The notes beneath the pieces were generated by a model. It was not told the DNA's origin. It worked only from the letters and a program-made list of their open reading frames with translations, and did not search any database. The translations under genes were made by a program, and so were the position numbers. From sequence record MZ475891.1: 64,000 nucleotides of DNA, one strand, 5' to 3'. Positions 18,651-27,663 of the stretch are shown piece by piece. The stretch's first letter is position 1. Every line of letters begins with the position of its first letter.

Positions 18651-19079
18651 ATGGAACATAAAGTTGTCGTGCGTATTCTCGGACCTGTTGGCAGCGGTAA
18701 GTCTTCTGTTTACGCCAAGCTCGTTAAAGGTCTGACTGATACCGGCGCTATCATCAAACACGCAGATGAGCAAGCGTGGAAGATGTTGAACAACAGCGGC
18801 GAAGTAACTTCGGCCGACACGGTTCTCGATGAGTTCCGCACCGAAGTTACCTTCGAAGAGGTTGTGATTCGTGACGACTACACCAAGTCTAAGAATCAGA
18901 TCATGCAGTTCTTCGCGTACTCACATCTGCCGCCTAACCTGCAGGCTGTAAGCAAACCGATTGCGTTGCTTGCGCAGGAGATGGACCAGAATCTGCCTGA
19001 CGGTGCTGAGAAAGCCGCTGGTCTACGCAAGCTGCTTGAAGCGAAAGACTGTCTGGTTCGTGCGCTGGTAGCCAAGTAA
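18651..19079 (+). CDS. P-loop-like N-terminus fused to a conserved phage helical-hairpin domain
   Basis: GPVGSGKS; C-terminal MQFFAYSHLPPNLQAVSKP...LRKLLEAKDCLVRA. Confidence 0.65.
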   Translation: MEHKVVVRILGPVGSGKSSVYAKLVKGLTDTGAIIKHADEQAWKMLNNSGEVTSADTVLDEFRTEVTFEEVVIRDDYTKSKNQIMQFFAYSHLPPNLQAVSKPIALLAQEMDQNLPDGAEKAAGLRKLLEAKDCLVRALVAK

Positions 19080-19093
19080 TTCGGAGAGCAAAC

Positions 19094-19483
19094 ATGCCTA
19101 CTTTTATTCGCCCTCCCTCATTACTCAAGTCAGTGCCTACGTCATCAACTGTGGAAGCAACTGACATTTTCGCATCACTCGCACCTATCAACAACGTAAT
19201 TAACCTAAGTGCCGTTCAAGCTCTGCGCCGTGAGCAAATCGGTGCTGGTCATGTTGAACAGTTCTCTGAGGCTATTGGTCTGCATCCAGAAGACCCTGCT
19301 CCTGAAAATGATCTTGTCAGCGTTCCAGCGATCACTTTCTCATTTGAAGGAGATGCGTGTGAGACCTGGTATTTCTGCGGGCCTGAACGTACCTTAGCTG
19401 AATGGGCTGTAGTGCGCGATGCCGTTGAACAATCTTTTGTTGATAATTCATACCATCATGATATGAACTTCGAAATCAACTAA
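19094..19483 (+). CDS. Hypothetical protein
   Basis: 129-aa ORF with GGAG RBS. Confidence 0.65.
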   Translation: MPTFIRPPSLLKSVPTSSTVEATDIFASLAPINNVINLSAVQALRREQIGAGHVEQFSEAIGLHPEDPAPENDLVSVPAITFSFEGDACETWYFCGPERTLAEWAVVRDAVEQSFVDNSYHHDMNFEIN

Positions 19484-19489
19484 CAACAC

Positions 19490-19515
19490 AAAGGGTGGCT
19501 TCGGCTGCCCTTTTT
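19490..19515 (+). terminator. Rho-independent terminator
   Basis: GGGTGGC-TTCG-GCTGCCC followed by T5. Confidence 0.85.
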
Positions 19516-19519
19516 CGAT

Positions 19520-19527
19520 CTGTAAAT
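19520..19527 (+). promoter_or_regulatory. CTGTAAAT motif (putative phage promoter)
   Basis: Intergenic, immediately after the terminator, 30 nt before the 19558 start. Confidence 0.6.
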
Positions 19528-19557
19528 AACTCGTATAACATCTAACGAGAAACTACC

Positions 19558-19959
19558 ATGAGACCTGAAAACATTTCACGCACCTATCGCGTCGGTCAGT
19601 CTGACCTGGAGAAAGCACACAATGTCTGCGGAGAGAACAATGTAACACTCTCAGATGTGGTGCGCAGATACATCGAAAGAATCGTACTGACTGAGGGTGA
19701 GTTCCTTATGAACGAGCGTAAGCACGTACCTGAGTCCCAACTGAATGTACGCCTGCCCTTTTATATTGCGCACTCCTTTGCATCTGTGTGTAAGTCTCGT
19801 GGTACGTTAGCCTCTAAAACCATTCTCAACTTTGTCAAGAATATTGCTCTTTCCGGGACTATCCCTGAGGAGTTAAAGTATGCTTCTGACGCAGAGTTGC
19901 GTGCCTATATTACCTCAGAGCGCTCTCGCCTCGATGCACTGGAAGCAAAACTCAAATGA
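19558..19959 (+). CDS. Tandem ribbon-helix-helix DNA-binding protein
   Basis: Two RHH-like units: SRTYRV...TLSDVVRRYIERI and LNVRLP...LASKTILNFVKNI. Confidence 0.6.
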   Translation: MRPENISRTYRVGQSDLEKAHNVCGENNVTLSDVVRRYIERIVLTEGEFLMNERKHVPESQLNVRLPFYIAHSFASVCKSRGTLASKTILNFVKNIALSGTIPEELKYASDAELRAYITSERSRLDALEAKLK

Positions 19960-20795
19960 TTCTAACTAGTCCCATTCGCTATCAGGGTAACAAGCGCACT
20001 CTGATGCCTCTTATTCTCGAACATGCGCCTGTGAAGGATTGCGTTCGCATGATAGACGCATTCGGTGGTAGTGGTACTGTTGCGCTTAACATGCCGCACA
20101 AGTTTCGCATCTACAATGAGCTGAGCACGCCTGTGTTTGAGATCGTCCAGTTGCTTGCGCATCAAGACCCGAAGAAAACATTGGGTCAGATTAAGCGTAT
20201 CGTCAAGCGTTTTTGTCTAACCAATAGCAGCCAAGACAACTACGACATGTTCCGTGCGTATGTGCAGAAGAAGCCTAGCCCTCTTCACCATTATATCGCA
20301 CACAGGCACGCACGCTCTAACATGCTGCGCTTCAACCAGAAAGGCATCTACAACGTGCCGTTCGGTGAGCGTGGTCTGATTGGTAAGTTCGATCAGCTTG
20401 AGCAGGAGCTGGTGCAGTTCCACGAGCGTATGCAGAACACGCACATCACCAACATGCGCTATAACCTGTTGCTCAAGTCCGTGTCAAAGCATATCGGACC
20501 GAACACGTTCATTTACTTTGATCCTCCGTATCTTGCTAGTGGTGCGATGCAGTACGGCAAGTGGACTGAGCACAACGAGCGCAACCTGCTGTCCGTGCTT
20601 GAGTATCTGAATCGTCAAGGCTGCCCGTGGATGTTGAGTAACGTTCTCCAGCATCGGCACCACACGAACGACTTGCTCAAGCGCTGGCTAAAGAAACACG
20701 CAACGACTGTCATCTATCCTGACAAGTCTTATTCAATGGCCAACTCTCATTCCGATAGTCACAGCACTATCGAGATTCTGGCAATGAACTACTGA
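19956..20795 (+). CDS. dam: DNA adenine methyltransferase (Dam family)
   Basis: SPIRYQGNK, DAFGGSGTV, YNVPFG, YFDPPY, WMLSN. Confidence 0.9.
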   Translation: MILTSPIRYQGNKRTLMPLILEHAPVKDCVRMIDAFGGSGTVALNMPHKFRIYNELSTPVFEIVQLLAHQDPKKTLGQIKRIVKRFCLTNSSQDNYDMFRAYVQKKPSPLHHYIAHRHARSNMLRFNQKGIYNVPFGERGLIGKFDQLEQELVQFHERMQNTHITNMRYNLLLKSVSKHIGPNTFIYFDPPYLASGAMQYGKWTEHNERNLLSVLEYLNRQGCPWMLSNVLQHRHHTNDLLKRWLKKHATTVIYPDKSYSMANSHSDSHSTIEILAMNY

Positions 20796-20802
20796 GGTAC
20801 AA

Positions 20803-21189
20803 ATGGTCAAACAGTATTGTGCCGATAAGTACGAGGGGGATCTTGAGGGTCACCCTGTTGTGCTGCTGCTATCGTTTAAGATAGGTGGCCCTACGCCTAT
20901 GCGAATCTCAGGACGTGACCTGTATCGCTATCTGGGCATAAGCAAGAACTACAGTAGCTGGGTAAACGACTCTATTGCAGACTGCGGTCTTGTCGAGAAC
21001 TCGGACTATGTGATTGAGTGGTTCAAGTCAGATGCAAATGGTCATTCGATAGAACACAAATTCACACAGCACGCCGCCATTGAGATAGCAATGCGTGGGC
21101 GTAGTACATTGGCCAAACGTATTCGTCGATCTGTGTGTCGTCGAGATGGCTTCATTCGATTTGTAGGAGAACATAATGAACAAGATTGA
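20803..21189 (+). CDS. AntA/AntB-type antirepressor domain protein
   Basis: ISGRDLYRYLG...YSSW......GLVENSDY...FT...AIEIAM. Confidence 0.72.
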   Translation: MVKQYCADKYEGDLEGHPVVLLLSFKIGGPTPMRISGRDLYRYLGISKNYSSWVNDSIADCGLVENSDYVIEWFKSDANGHSIEHKFTQHAAIEIAMRGRSTLAKRIRRSVCRRDGFIRFVGEHNEQD

Positions 21190-21640
21190 AGAACTGCGCA
21201 GCCGTCTTGCTGCTGCATTGGGCTTTCGTGTTAAGTCTTTAAACGGAGCCGACCACTACGTTGACGGCGATGATGTTCTCGGCCTAGTCGAACATTGGCT
21301 GCCAGATGAGCCTCAGCACATCCTTGCAGTTATTGAGCGTTATGGTCTGAAAGTCGAACGCATGGTCAAAGAAGGCACTCGCCCACGACCTGGTGAAGAG
21401 CCTGTGTTCGTTTTCTGCGTGAGATCAAAGACTCTGGTGTATCGCAGCCTGTCTGAGAGTAATCTCGCACGTAGTAGTCTGCCTTACGTATCAGGCAATA
21501 CTCTGACTGAGGCTGTTCTCCTATGGGCTGTGTTACGTGCGGAGCGCATTGTTGCATATAAGGCCGACCCACTAATGTCTAGCGCCTACAACTTCGACCG
21601 ACTGGAAGAGCTGGTATACATAACGCGGTTTGGAGAATAA
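21176..21640 (+). CDS. Hypothetical protein
   Basis: 154-aa ORF with AGGAG RBS. Confidence 0.7.
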   Translation: MNKIEELRSRLAAALGFRVKSLNGADHYVDGDDVLGLVEHWLPDEPQHILAVIERYGLKVERMVKEGTRPRPGEEPVFVFCVRSKTLVYRSLSESNLARSSLPYVSGNTLTEAVLLWAVLRAERIVAYKADPLMSSAYNFDRLEELVYITRFGE

Positions 21641-21641
21641 T

Positions 21642-21944
21642 ATGGATGCACCAGAAGGTACTAACTTAAAGCTATGGTCTATTGCGCAGCGTATGGACCG
21701 AGTGCTTGAATATGTGGCAAGAGAAGCATGGTTCGTGTCCGGCGATCCAAAAGACACCTGCGGCGCTGTAGCGTGGGCGGGCAACTTTGATGATGAATCT
21801 TTGATCGCGCATATTGAAATGCGTGCTGCCCAGATTGAAGAACGCCGTCGATACACAACACGTATCAGACAGGGCTCTACGGCCTATACGATAGCGTTAG
21901 AGAATCATGCAGACGCTATCTATGCTAAGTACGGTCGCTCCTGA
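21642..21944 (+). CDS. Hypothetical protein
   Basis: ATG 21642 after GGAG. Confidence 0.65.
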   Translation: MDAPEGTNLKLWSIAQRMDRVLEYVAREAWFVSGDPKDTCGAVAWAGNFDDESLIAHIEMRAAQIEERRRYTTRIRQGSTAYTIALENHADAIYAKYGRS

Positions 21945-21947
21945 GAT

Positions 21948-21955
21948 CTGTAAAG
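21948..21955 (+). promoter_or_regulatory. CTGTAAAG variant motif (putative promoter)
   Basis: Intergenic, 29 nt before the 21985 start. Confidence 0.5.
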
Positions 21956-21984
21956 AAACCTAAAGCCATCTAATTGAGGTCAGT

Positions 21985-22707
21985 ATGGAATACACCTTAG
22001 AAGAACAACTCAAAGCCTTGTCTCAGATTCGTATCGATCAGATTCAGGCCTTTGATCATATCGCTCGTCTGGTGCTGAGAAGCACGGACCCATTAGCCCA
22101 CACAGAACAATGGCAATCTCACGTATGTGAAGCTCTGGGTCTGGATTATTCACTGTGGCCGTACTACAATGAACTGTCCAACTTCATGGTGACTGGTATG
22201 CCTCCATGTTTGGTTGCATTACAGATCGCATGTACAACGTTTGTGGGTGCTGACGTGCGGGAGACAATAGCTCGCTTTTCCTCAGTTGATGCAGAGACTG
22301 CGCTCAATGCCATGGAGTTTGGCAACAAGTGGCGTGCAGACAATCAGCGAATCATCTACACAATGAAAGCCATTGATGATCTGCTTGTTTTGTATTCGTC
22401 GCTTGTGCCAGATGAAGATGCAGAAGCGGATGAAAGTCGTTGTATCGGATATCCGGGTATGCCTAACATGCATCCGTATCTGAACATGATCTTCCAGTTG
22501 ATTGCAGATCATAATATGGTAATTGATGGACGCTGGCGCACACCTGCTGAGTGGTTCAATCAGCCTAAGCGCGACTTCGCGCTGATGTACCCGCCGAATC
22601 TTTCTGAACAGCATAACGCTATCATCAAAACGGAAGTTGGTACTATCTATCTCACCAAAGCGCCAAAGCGCGGTGATACCAACTCTAACCATTTACGCTC
22701 CGTCTGA
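21985..22707 (+). CDS. Hypothetical protein
   Basis: 240-aa ORF with GAGG RBS. Confidence 0.7.
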   Translation: MEYTLEEQLKALSQIRIDQIQAFDHIARLVLRSTDPLAHTEQWQSHVCEALGLDYSLWPYYNELSNFMVTGMPPCLVALQIACTTFVGADVRETIARFSSVDAETALNAMEFGNKWRADNQRIIYTMKAIDDLLVLYSSLVPDEDAEADESRCIGYPGMPNMHPYLNMIFQLIADHNMVIDGRWRTPAEWFNQPKRDFALMYPPNLSEQHNAIIKTEVGTIYLTKAPKRGDTNSNHLRSV

Positions 22708-22714
22708 GGTCAGT

Positions 22715-23458
22715 ATGGAACACGAAGAAAACATTGCAGATCGTCCTGACGTTATCGTTAACGGTTTTCAGTTCAACGATGCCAACACGAAGCTGCTGGC
22801 GTATGCGCTTAATCTCCATCGTCTGGGCGCAAAGATTGGTCCTGAGTTTTGGGCACAACACATCATTAGCGATGTTGTAGAGCAGTCCGATGACGGCTTC
22901 GACAAACTTGCAGGCGTAGACGAACCTACTCGTCCTATCACGTCTTCTGATTTACTTATGTATCAACTGACTGTTGTGGGTCCTGTTATCACGCGCCGTG
23001 ACTTCTGCCTGTTTGACAGCCTTGAGAAGTGCCGGAATGATGCTGCTATTGTTCTTGAAGCTCTGGGCAGAGGTCTGCTGCATATGCATGGCTCAATGAT
23101 TGAGATCTGGGCAATCACCTCAGGCAGTCCTGTTAAAGTTTTGACTGAAAAGCAGATGACAAGCCTGGGTCGTGCTACGCTGCGTTATCTCACCAGTAGC
23201 GCTAAGCTGGACGAACAGGACGAGCGGGTGTCTGTAGCTACGGTACATGCTGACTCTGAGCCGGTGCTGATTCATGTGCCTACAACGCCAGTCGATCAGT
23301 ACGTGTTTAGCGGTAGCTGGACGCATGTGTCTCATCTCGGTCCTCGCGCAGACAAGCTGCGTCTGTGGTATTACAACCACCAGCTCACGCGCTTCCGTAT
23401 GCAGCAACTGCTGAACATCTTCCTCACTCTCGATTTCCCCGAAAAGTTTAAGGCTTGA
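22715..23458 (+). CDS. Hypothetical protein
   Basis: ATG 22715 after GAGG RBS. Confidence 0.7.
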   Translation: MEHEENIADRPDVIVNGFQFNDANTKLLAYALNLHRLGAKIGPEFWAQHIISDVVEQSDDGFDKLAGVDEPTRPITSSDLLMYQLTVVGPVITRRDFCLFDSLEKCRNDAAIVLEALGRGLLHMHGSMIEIWAITSGSPVKVLTEKQMTSLGRATLRYLTSSAKLDEQDERVSVATVHADSEPVLIHVPTTPVDQYVFSGSWTHVSHLGPRADKLRLWYYNHQLTRFRMQQLLNIFLTLDFPEKFKA

Positions 23459-23460
23459 TT

Positions 23461-23805
23461 ATGTCCATTGCGCTCGTTGTAGAAATGAATCATTTGGAAC
23501 AGATTGACACTGGTTACGAAAACAGTCCTATCTTTCGCATTCAGTACATCGCAGACAAATCGGTAGCTCCTGCTGATTATATCCGCGAAAAGCTCGTACC
23601 GAAAGCATTCCCGTTCGGTGTTGACAAAGCAGTAGTGCAAGGCCATGACTATATGGTGCTTACTGCTATCATCGACGGTACTGAGCACGATGTTTGTCCT
23701 GGCGATCTGCTTGTCTATCACGTTGGTGGTCGTGTGACGTATATCGCAGGCGCCACCAAAGACTGTCTCGTAATCAACGGAGACGGAACAATTGTCATCA
23801 GTTAA
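23461..23805 (+). CDS. Hypothetical protein
   Basis: Packed ORF containing a CPGDLLV segment. Confidence 0.6.
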   Translation: MSIALVVEMNHLEQIDTGYENSPIFRIQYIADKSVAPADYIREKLVPKAFPFGVDKAVVQGHDYMVLTAIIDGTEHDVCPGDLLVYHVGGRVTYIAGATKDCLVINGDGTIVIS

Positions 23806-24190
23806 TCAGTTACGTGATCAATTGACCGAAGCTGAATATGCAGAACTTGAGCGCACGACAGCACGGTCAATCATGGAACAAGTGTGGGCACTACGCGGCT
23901 GGACGGTTAAGCTCGACTGGTGCAACTATATGTGCGACGACGTTGATTGGTTATTCCATGGTAATGAACGTAAAGCACCGGTTGATCACGCTATGCCGAA
24001 TTCTGGTGTTGGCACTAGCATTGAGCAGCATCGCCTTAATGTCGTGTTTACTCCTACTGAGGTTAGCGTTACGAACTCACTGGTAGACAGCCCTGTCACG
24101 GGCACTGGTATGTCACTGCGCTGTGCTTACTGCGCGTGGCTTTTAGAAATCGAAAAACAAAAGGCTGCCAATGCGCTGCAATCTGACTGA
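23792..24190 (+). CDS. Hypothetical protein
   Basis: TTG start after GGAG; overlaps both neighbours. Confidence 0.6.
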   Translation: MSSVNQLRDQLTEAEYAELERTTARSIMEQVWALRGWTVKLDWCNYMCDDVDWLFHGNERKAPVDHAMPNSGVGTSIEQHRLNVVFTPTEVSVTNSLVDSPVTGTGMSLRCAYCAWLLEIEKQKAANALQSD

Positions 24191-24686
24191 ACTGCCTATC
24201 AAACTCGATCAGGCTGAAAACATTATGGGCAGCGTGTTCGCGCTTGCTGCTGGCTCCAAGTCCAAACGCCGTGCTACTGCGGCAATGCTCATTCACTTCC
24301 ATGAAGGCTACCCTACCATTATCAGTAGTGGCGTCAATGGTACTGTGCCTGGTGAGAGCAACGTGTGTGAGAACGAAGACCTCACTCTGACGTTTGCCCA
24401 CGTTACCCACGCAGAAGCTAACTGCCTCAATCGCATGGACGAATACAGTCTGTGGCCAGAAGAAGAGGACATCCTGTTTTGTACTGACAGCCCATGTCCT
24501 GATTGTTTGCAGCAACTCGAATCTGCTGGTGTGCAGACCATCGTTTATGCGCGTGAATACAGACTCACAGAGCACCTGGATAAGTCTGCTATTCGCATGT
24601 ATTGTCTCGATATTGAGAACGTGCGGGCGTCTTTGCTGAAATCTGTAAATCGTATAGACGAAGTGATTGCAACCACACCTACTTAA
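24171..24686 (+). CDS. dCMP deaminase (cytidine deaminase family)
   Basis: SSGVNG, HAEANCL, TDSPCPDC, IVYAREY. Confidence 0.9.
   Translation: MRCNLTELPIKLDQAENIMGSVFALAAGSKSKRRATAAMLIHFHEGYPTIISSGVNGTVPGESNVCENEDLTLTFAHVTHAEANCLNRMDEYSLWPEEEDILFCTDSPCPDCLQQLESAGVQTIVYAREYRLTEHLDKSAIRMYCLDIENVRASLLKSVNRIDEVIATTPT
24643..24650 (+). promoter_or_regulatory. CTGTAAAT motif (putative phage promoter)
   Basis: 53 nt upstream of the 24704 start. Confidence 0.5.
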
Positions 24687-24703
24687 ATACCATAAGGATT
24701 GTC

Positions 24704-25384
24704 ATGATGGACAAGAATCTGACTATTGAGTTTTTTGCTCCCCGTATTGAAGGAAAGACAGTGCATGTTGGACCTAAGCCTGTCGATGCACCTTCATGGG
24801 AAGAGCAAATAGCTACTGTTTCTGGTGAGCCTACTGCACAGATGCGCCAGCGTGCGTTTGATCGCTTGGATAAGGAATTCAAATTCACTATTCAAGACAT
24901 TGCAGATTCTTTGGACTGTCGTGACAACCCTTCAAGTCCTACTGGTCGTATTCAAGACCCGTATCGTCCGCGTTTGCACAACATCAATCTTCGCCCAGAA
25001 CAAGCCGCAGTGTTGCGTGAAGTAATGAGTCCGCCGCGTCATATGGGTGGCCTGCCTGTTGAGTTAATGCAGGGAACTGAGTCTTCTCTTAATGCACGCG
25101 CTCTCTTTGAGCATACCAAAGAGCATTTTCGTAAGGAAGGACCTATCGTCACGATTGATAGTATCCCTGTTGAGTTCACACAGAAAGGTGATGACAGTAT
25201 CGTCATTGCAGAAGATAAAATCGGTCAACAGGCGTTGGGGCGCACGCTTCGTATCGATTATGAATCACGTTCTGACTGGTCGATGAATCGAACCAACCGC
25301 GCTGCAACGCCTGCTAAGAGCCGCAGCAAACTTCGCGCAAAGAGCCGTGCTCAAAAGCAAGCACGCAAGCGCCAAAGAGGATAA
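24704..25384 (+). CDS. Hypothetical protein with basic C-terminus
   Basis: 226-aa ORF; ends KSRAQKQARKRQRG. Confidence 0.7.
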   Translation: MMDKNLTIEFFAPRIEGKTVHVGPKPVDAPSWEEQIATVSGEPTAQMRQRAFDRLDKEFKFTIQDIADSLDCRDNPSSPTGRIQDPYRPRLHNINLRPEQAAVLREVMSPPRHMGGLPVELMQGTESSLNARALFEHTKEHFRKEGPIVTIDSIPVEFTQKGDDSIVIAEDKIGQQALGRTLRIDYESRSDWSMNRTNRAATPAKSRSKLRAKSRAQKQARKRQRG

Positions 25385-25389
25385 TAACA

Positions 25390-25887
25390 ATGAGCGACAT
25401 TAATCAATTACGCCGCAACTGGTTACAGTCTATGGACATTCCCGAAGAGCTGGTGGACAAAGTATGCGGCACAGACATTGAACAGCAAGACCTGTTTGAA
25501 AGTCTAAGCGCACAGCAACAACGCAAAGTAACGATCGGCCTTGCGCTGCTCCATCTGCAAGTGCCTGATGAAATTCGTTTCGATTTGCTCACCAATCATC
25601 TGGACGAGACTGAACGTTTGGTCAAAGAGCAATTCGAAGAACTGGCAGCACGTCTCGTTAATCAAGTGACGCAGACGGGTTCACCGGAGAAGCAATCAAT
25701 GACAGGCGGTGTTCGTTTAGCAATGCTGATGAACATCCTTGGCTTTGATGATACCACGCTACACGGTATCATGTCGAACCCCAGCTTGATGCGTCAGGCG
25801 GGCCTTGTTGCTATGACTGGCCTTCAAGATATGGGACAGAAAATACAGCAACTTTACGACGGAAATAAAAGCAATGAGCCAAAATGA
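25390..25887 (+). CDS. Hypothetical protein
   Basis: 165-aa ORF with GAGG RBS. Confidence 0.7.
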   Translation: MSDINQLRRNWLQSMDIPEELVDKVCGTDIEQQDLFESLSAQQQRKVTIGLALLHLQVPDEIRFDLLTNHLDETERLVKEQFEELAARLVNQVTQTGSPEKQSMTGGVRLAMLMNILGFDDTTLHGIMSNPSLMRQAGLVAMTGLQDMGQKIQQLYDGNKSNEPK

Positions 25888-26011
25888 ATTAGACGATTTC
25901 GACATTCCTGATCTGGACGAAGCTGAGCAACGCGCAGAAGCTAAGCGTGATGGTGGCGGGGAAGTTGTCGAAGCATCTGATGAATGTGAAGGCGGCGCCT
26001 GCAAAATCTAA
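25874..26011 (+). CDS. 45-aa acidic peptide ending CEGGACKI (not in ORF track)
   Basis: MSQNELDDFDIPDLDEAEQRAEAKRDGGGEVVEASDECEGGACKI; fills the gap up to a terminator. Confidence 0.65.
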   Translation: MSQNELDDFDIPDLDEAEQRAEAKRDGGGEVVEASDECEGGACKI

Positions 26012-26014
26012 TTC

Positions 26015-26041
26015 ATGGGGCCTCGTGCCCCATTTCTGTTT
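26015..26041 (+). terminator. Rho-independent terminator
   Basis: ATGGGGC-CTCGT-GCCCCAT followed by TTCTGTTT. Confidence 0.65.
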
Positions 26042-26055
26042 CTCGGAGAGATGCT

Positions 26056-26511
26056 ATGTCTATTTTATATTCCAACCTTACGCCCAATGAGCGTGACAAT
26101 TTTCGTGCGCATATTCACCAGTGGTATCAGTTGAGCACACAGAAGTCTGCATATCTCGATCTGATGGATCGTGTTGATGAAATTCTCGGCAATATTGTCA
26201 TGGAGTTTGCCAACATGCAGGTTGCGGACACTACTCAGATTCGCATCGACCTTGCGCTGGAAGAGTGGGCTGCTAAATATCCTAAATGCATTGCGTTTCG
26301 TGACCGTTCTGCCTTCTGGGTGAAAGTCTCATTCAAAGAGTGGTTGAATAACACAACCCTATATGTGGAGCGTTCTCATTCGTTGCGTGATCTGAGTGCA
26401 GGTACTTGTTATGGCGTTGATGTGGTAGACACTCACGATTGGCCAGATAGTATCTTGGTCAAGACCTACCAAGATATAGAACAACATAAAATTCGACGAG
26501 GTGCTCGCTGA
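26056..26511 (+). CDS. Hypothetical protein
   Basis: 151-aa ORF with GGAG RBS. Confidence 0.7.
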   Translation: MSILYSNLTPNERDNFRAHIHQWYQLSTQKSAYLDLMDRVDEILGNIVMEFANMQVADTTQIRIDLALEEWAAKYPKCIAFRDRSAFWVKVSFKEWLNNTTLYVERSHSLRDLSAGTCYGVDVVDTHDWPDSILVKTYQDIEQHKIRRGAR

Positions 26512-27041
26512 TGGAGATCGGCTATCGCTGTGTCAACTGTCGCCACGTCTATCAAGACATTATCGGCAAGTGTGACTGCAACAACGACAAGTTCGTGTTC
26601 AAGCGTGTTGCAATCATCGACGTGCCTGATGAGGAAGAAAAGATTCCTCAACTGAATGAGCTGCACCATTCGCGCGGCCCTCGTTTCGTCAACTACCGCA
26701 ATGGCAGTTCTTGGAATGGCGTGTACGAGTATCAAGGTCTGCATGAGAACGGTCGTCCTCGCGTAGGTATTCTCGGTAATATGGGTAGCAGCTACGACCA
26801 CGTAGAAATGTCTAAACAGTTCGGTGATCGTAATATGCAGTCTAACTGTGTGTTGGCTGCTGCTAGTCCTGAGTTGCTGGAAGTTGCCTACATGTGCTAC
26901 AACTACTTCAATACGAAGCGCAAGGTACAGGGCAACAGTCCTAAAACTGAAATGCGTATCAAACTAATCGCGCAGGCTATCCATGCTGCGACTGACCTCT
27001 CCGTCTACAAGGAACCGCAAGATGCTCCAGTATCTAAGTGA
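26511..27041 (+). CDS. Hypothetical protein with N-terminal Cys motif
   Basis: CVNC...CDC; GAGG RBS. Confidence 0.65.
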   Translation: MEIGYRCVNCRHVYQDIIGKCDCNNDKFVFKRVAIIDVPDEEEKIPQLNELHHSRGPRFVNYRNGSSWNGVYEYQGLHENGRPRVGILGNMGSSYDHVEMSKQFGDRNMQSNCVLAAASPELLEVAYMCYNYFNTKRKVQGNSPKTEMRIKLIAQAIHAATDLSVYKEPQDAPVSK

Positions 27042-27663
27042 CCCGCAATTTATGACGCGCCTTCTGTGCGCAGTAATTCTGATTATCGTTGCTTATCTGA
27101 TTTGGCAGAAGTTGAAGATCAGACGCGCAGAGAGCATGAACAACTATCGTGCCTCGTTGGCTGTACGTGCAGGTGATTTCAATTTCGGGCGTTGCTGGCG
27201 TCATCGCAGTTCAGGCCGTGATTACGTTATACTGTGGATGACCAATCTGACTGCTAACAAGCAGGGCTGGGAAGTTATGGTAACGTACACGAACAACCAC
27301 CGCGATCTATACACGCGTCCTGTGTCGCAGTTCTATGCTAAGTTCCGTCGTATGCCTGACTCTGATAGCGTGAAGGACCTGTCGCTGTCTGAGTTGCTTA
27401 CTCTGGCTACAGCTAACTGTAAGATGCGCGTACCACTTGCGGGTGAGACGTGGGTTCGTGAAACCTCGTTGAATCTTAATGGCACTGAGGGTTCGTCAAT
27501 CACAGAAGCCACAATCACTGACGTGTTGGCGCTTGACACGTCTCGTCCTGTTGTCACGTATACTGTAAATGGTAAACACACAGCAATGCTGATGTATGTT
27601 TTCCTCGCTGATTTCAAACTAAAGGAAGTGCAACGTGAGCAACAACCAAAAGTTACCGCCTAA
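27022..27663 (+). CDS. Membrane-anchored protein with DUF1653-like domain(s)
   Basis: N-terminal TM; GRCWRHRSSGRDYVI...VTY...YTRPVSQF. Confidence 0.6.
   Translation: MLQYLSDPQFMTRLLCAVILIIVAYLIWQKLKIRRAESMNNYRASLAVRAGDFNFGRCWRHRSSGRDYVILWMTNLTANKQGWEVMVTYTNNHRDLYTRPVSQFYAKFRRMPDSDSVKDLSLSELLTLATANCKMRVPLAGETWVRETSLNLNGTEGSSITEATITDVLALDTSRPVVTYTVNGKHTAMLMYVFLADFKLKEVQREQQPKVTA
27563..27570 (+). promoter_or_regulatory. CTGTAAAT motif (putative phage promoter)
   Basis: 64 nt upstream of the 27635 start. Confidence 0.45.
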
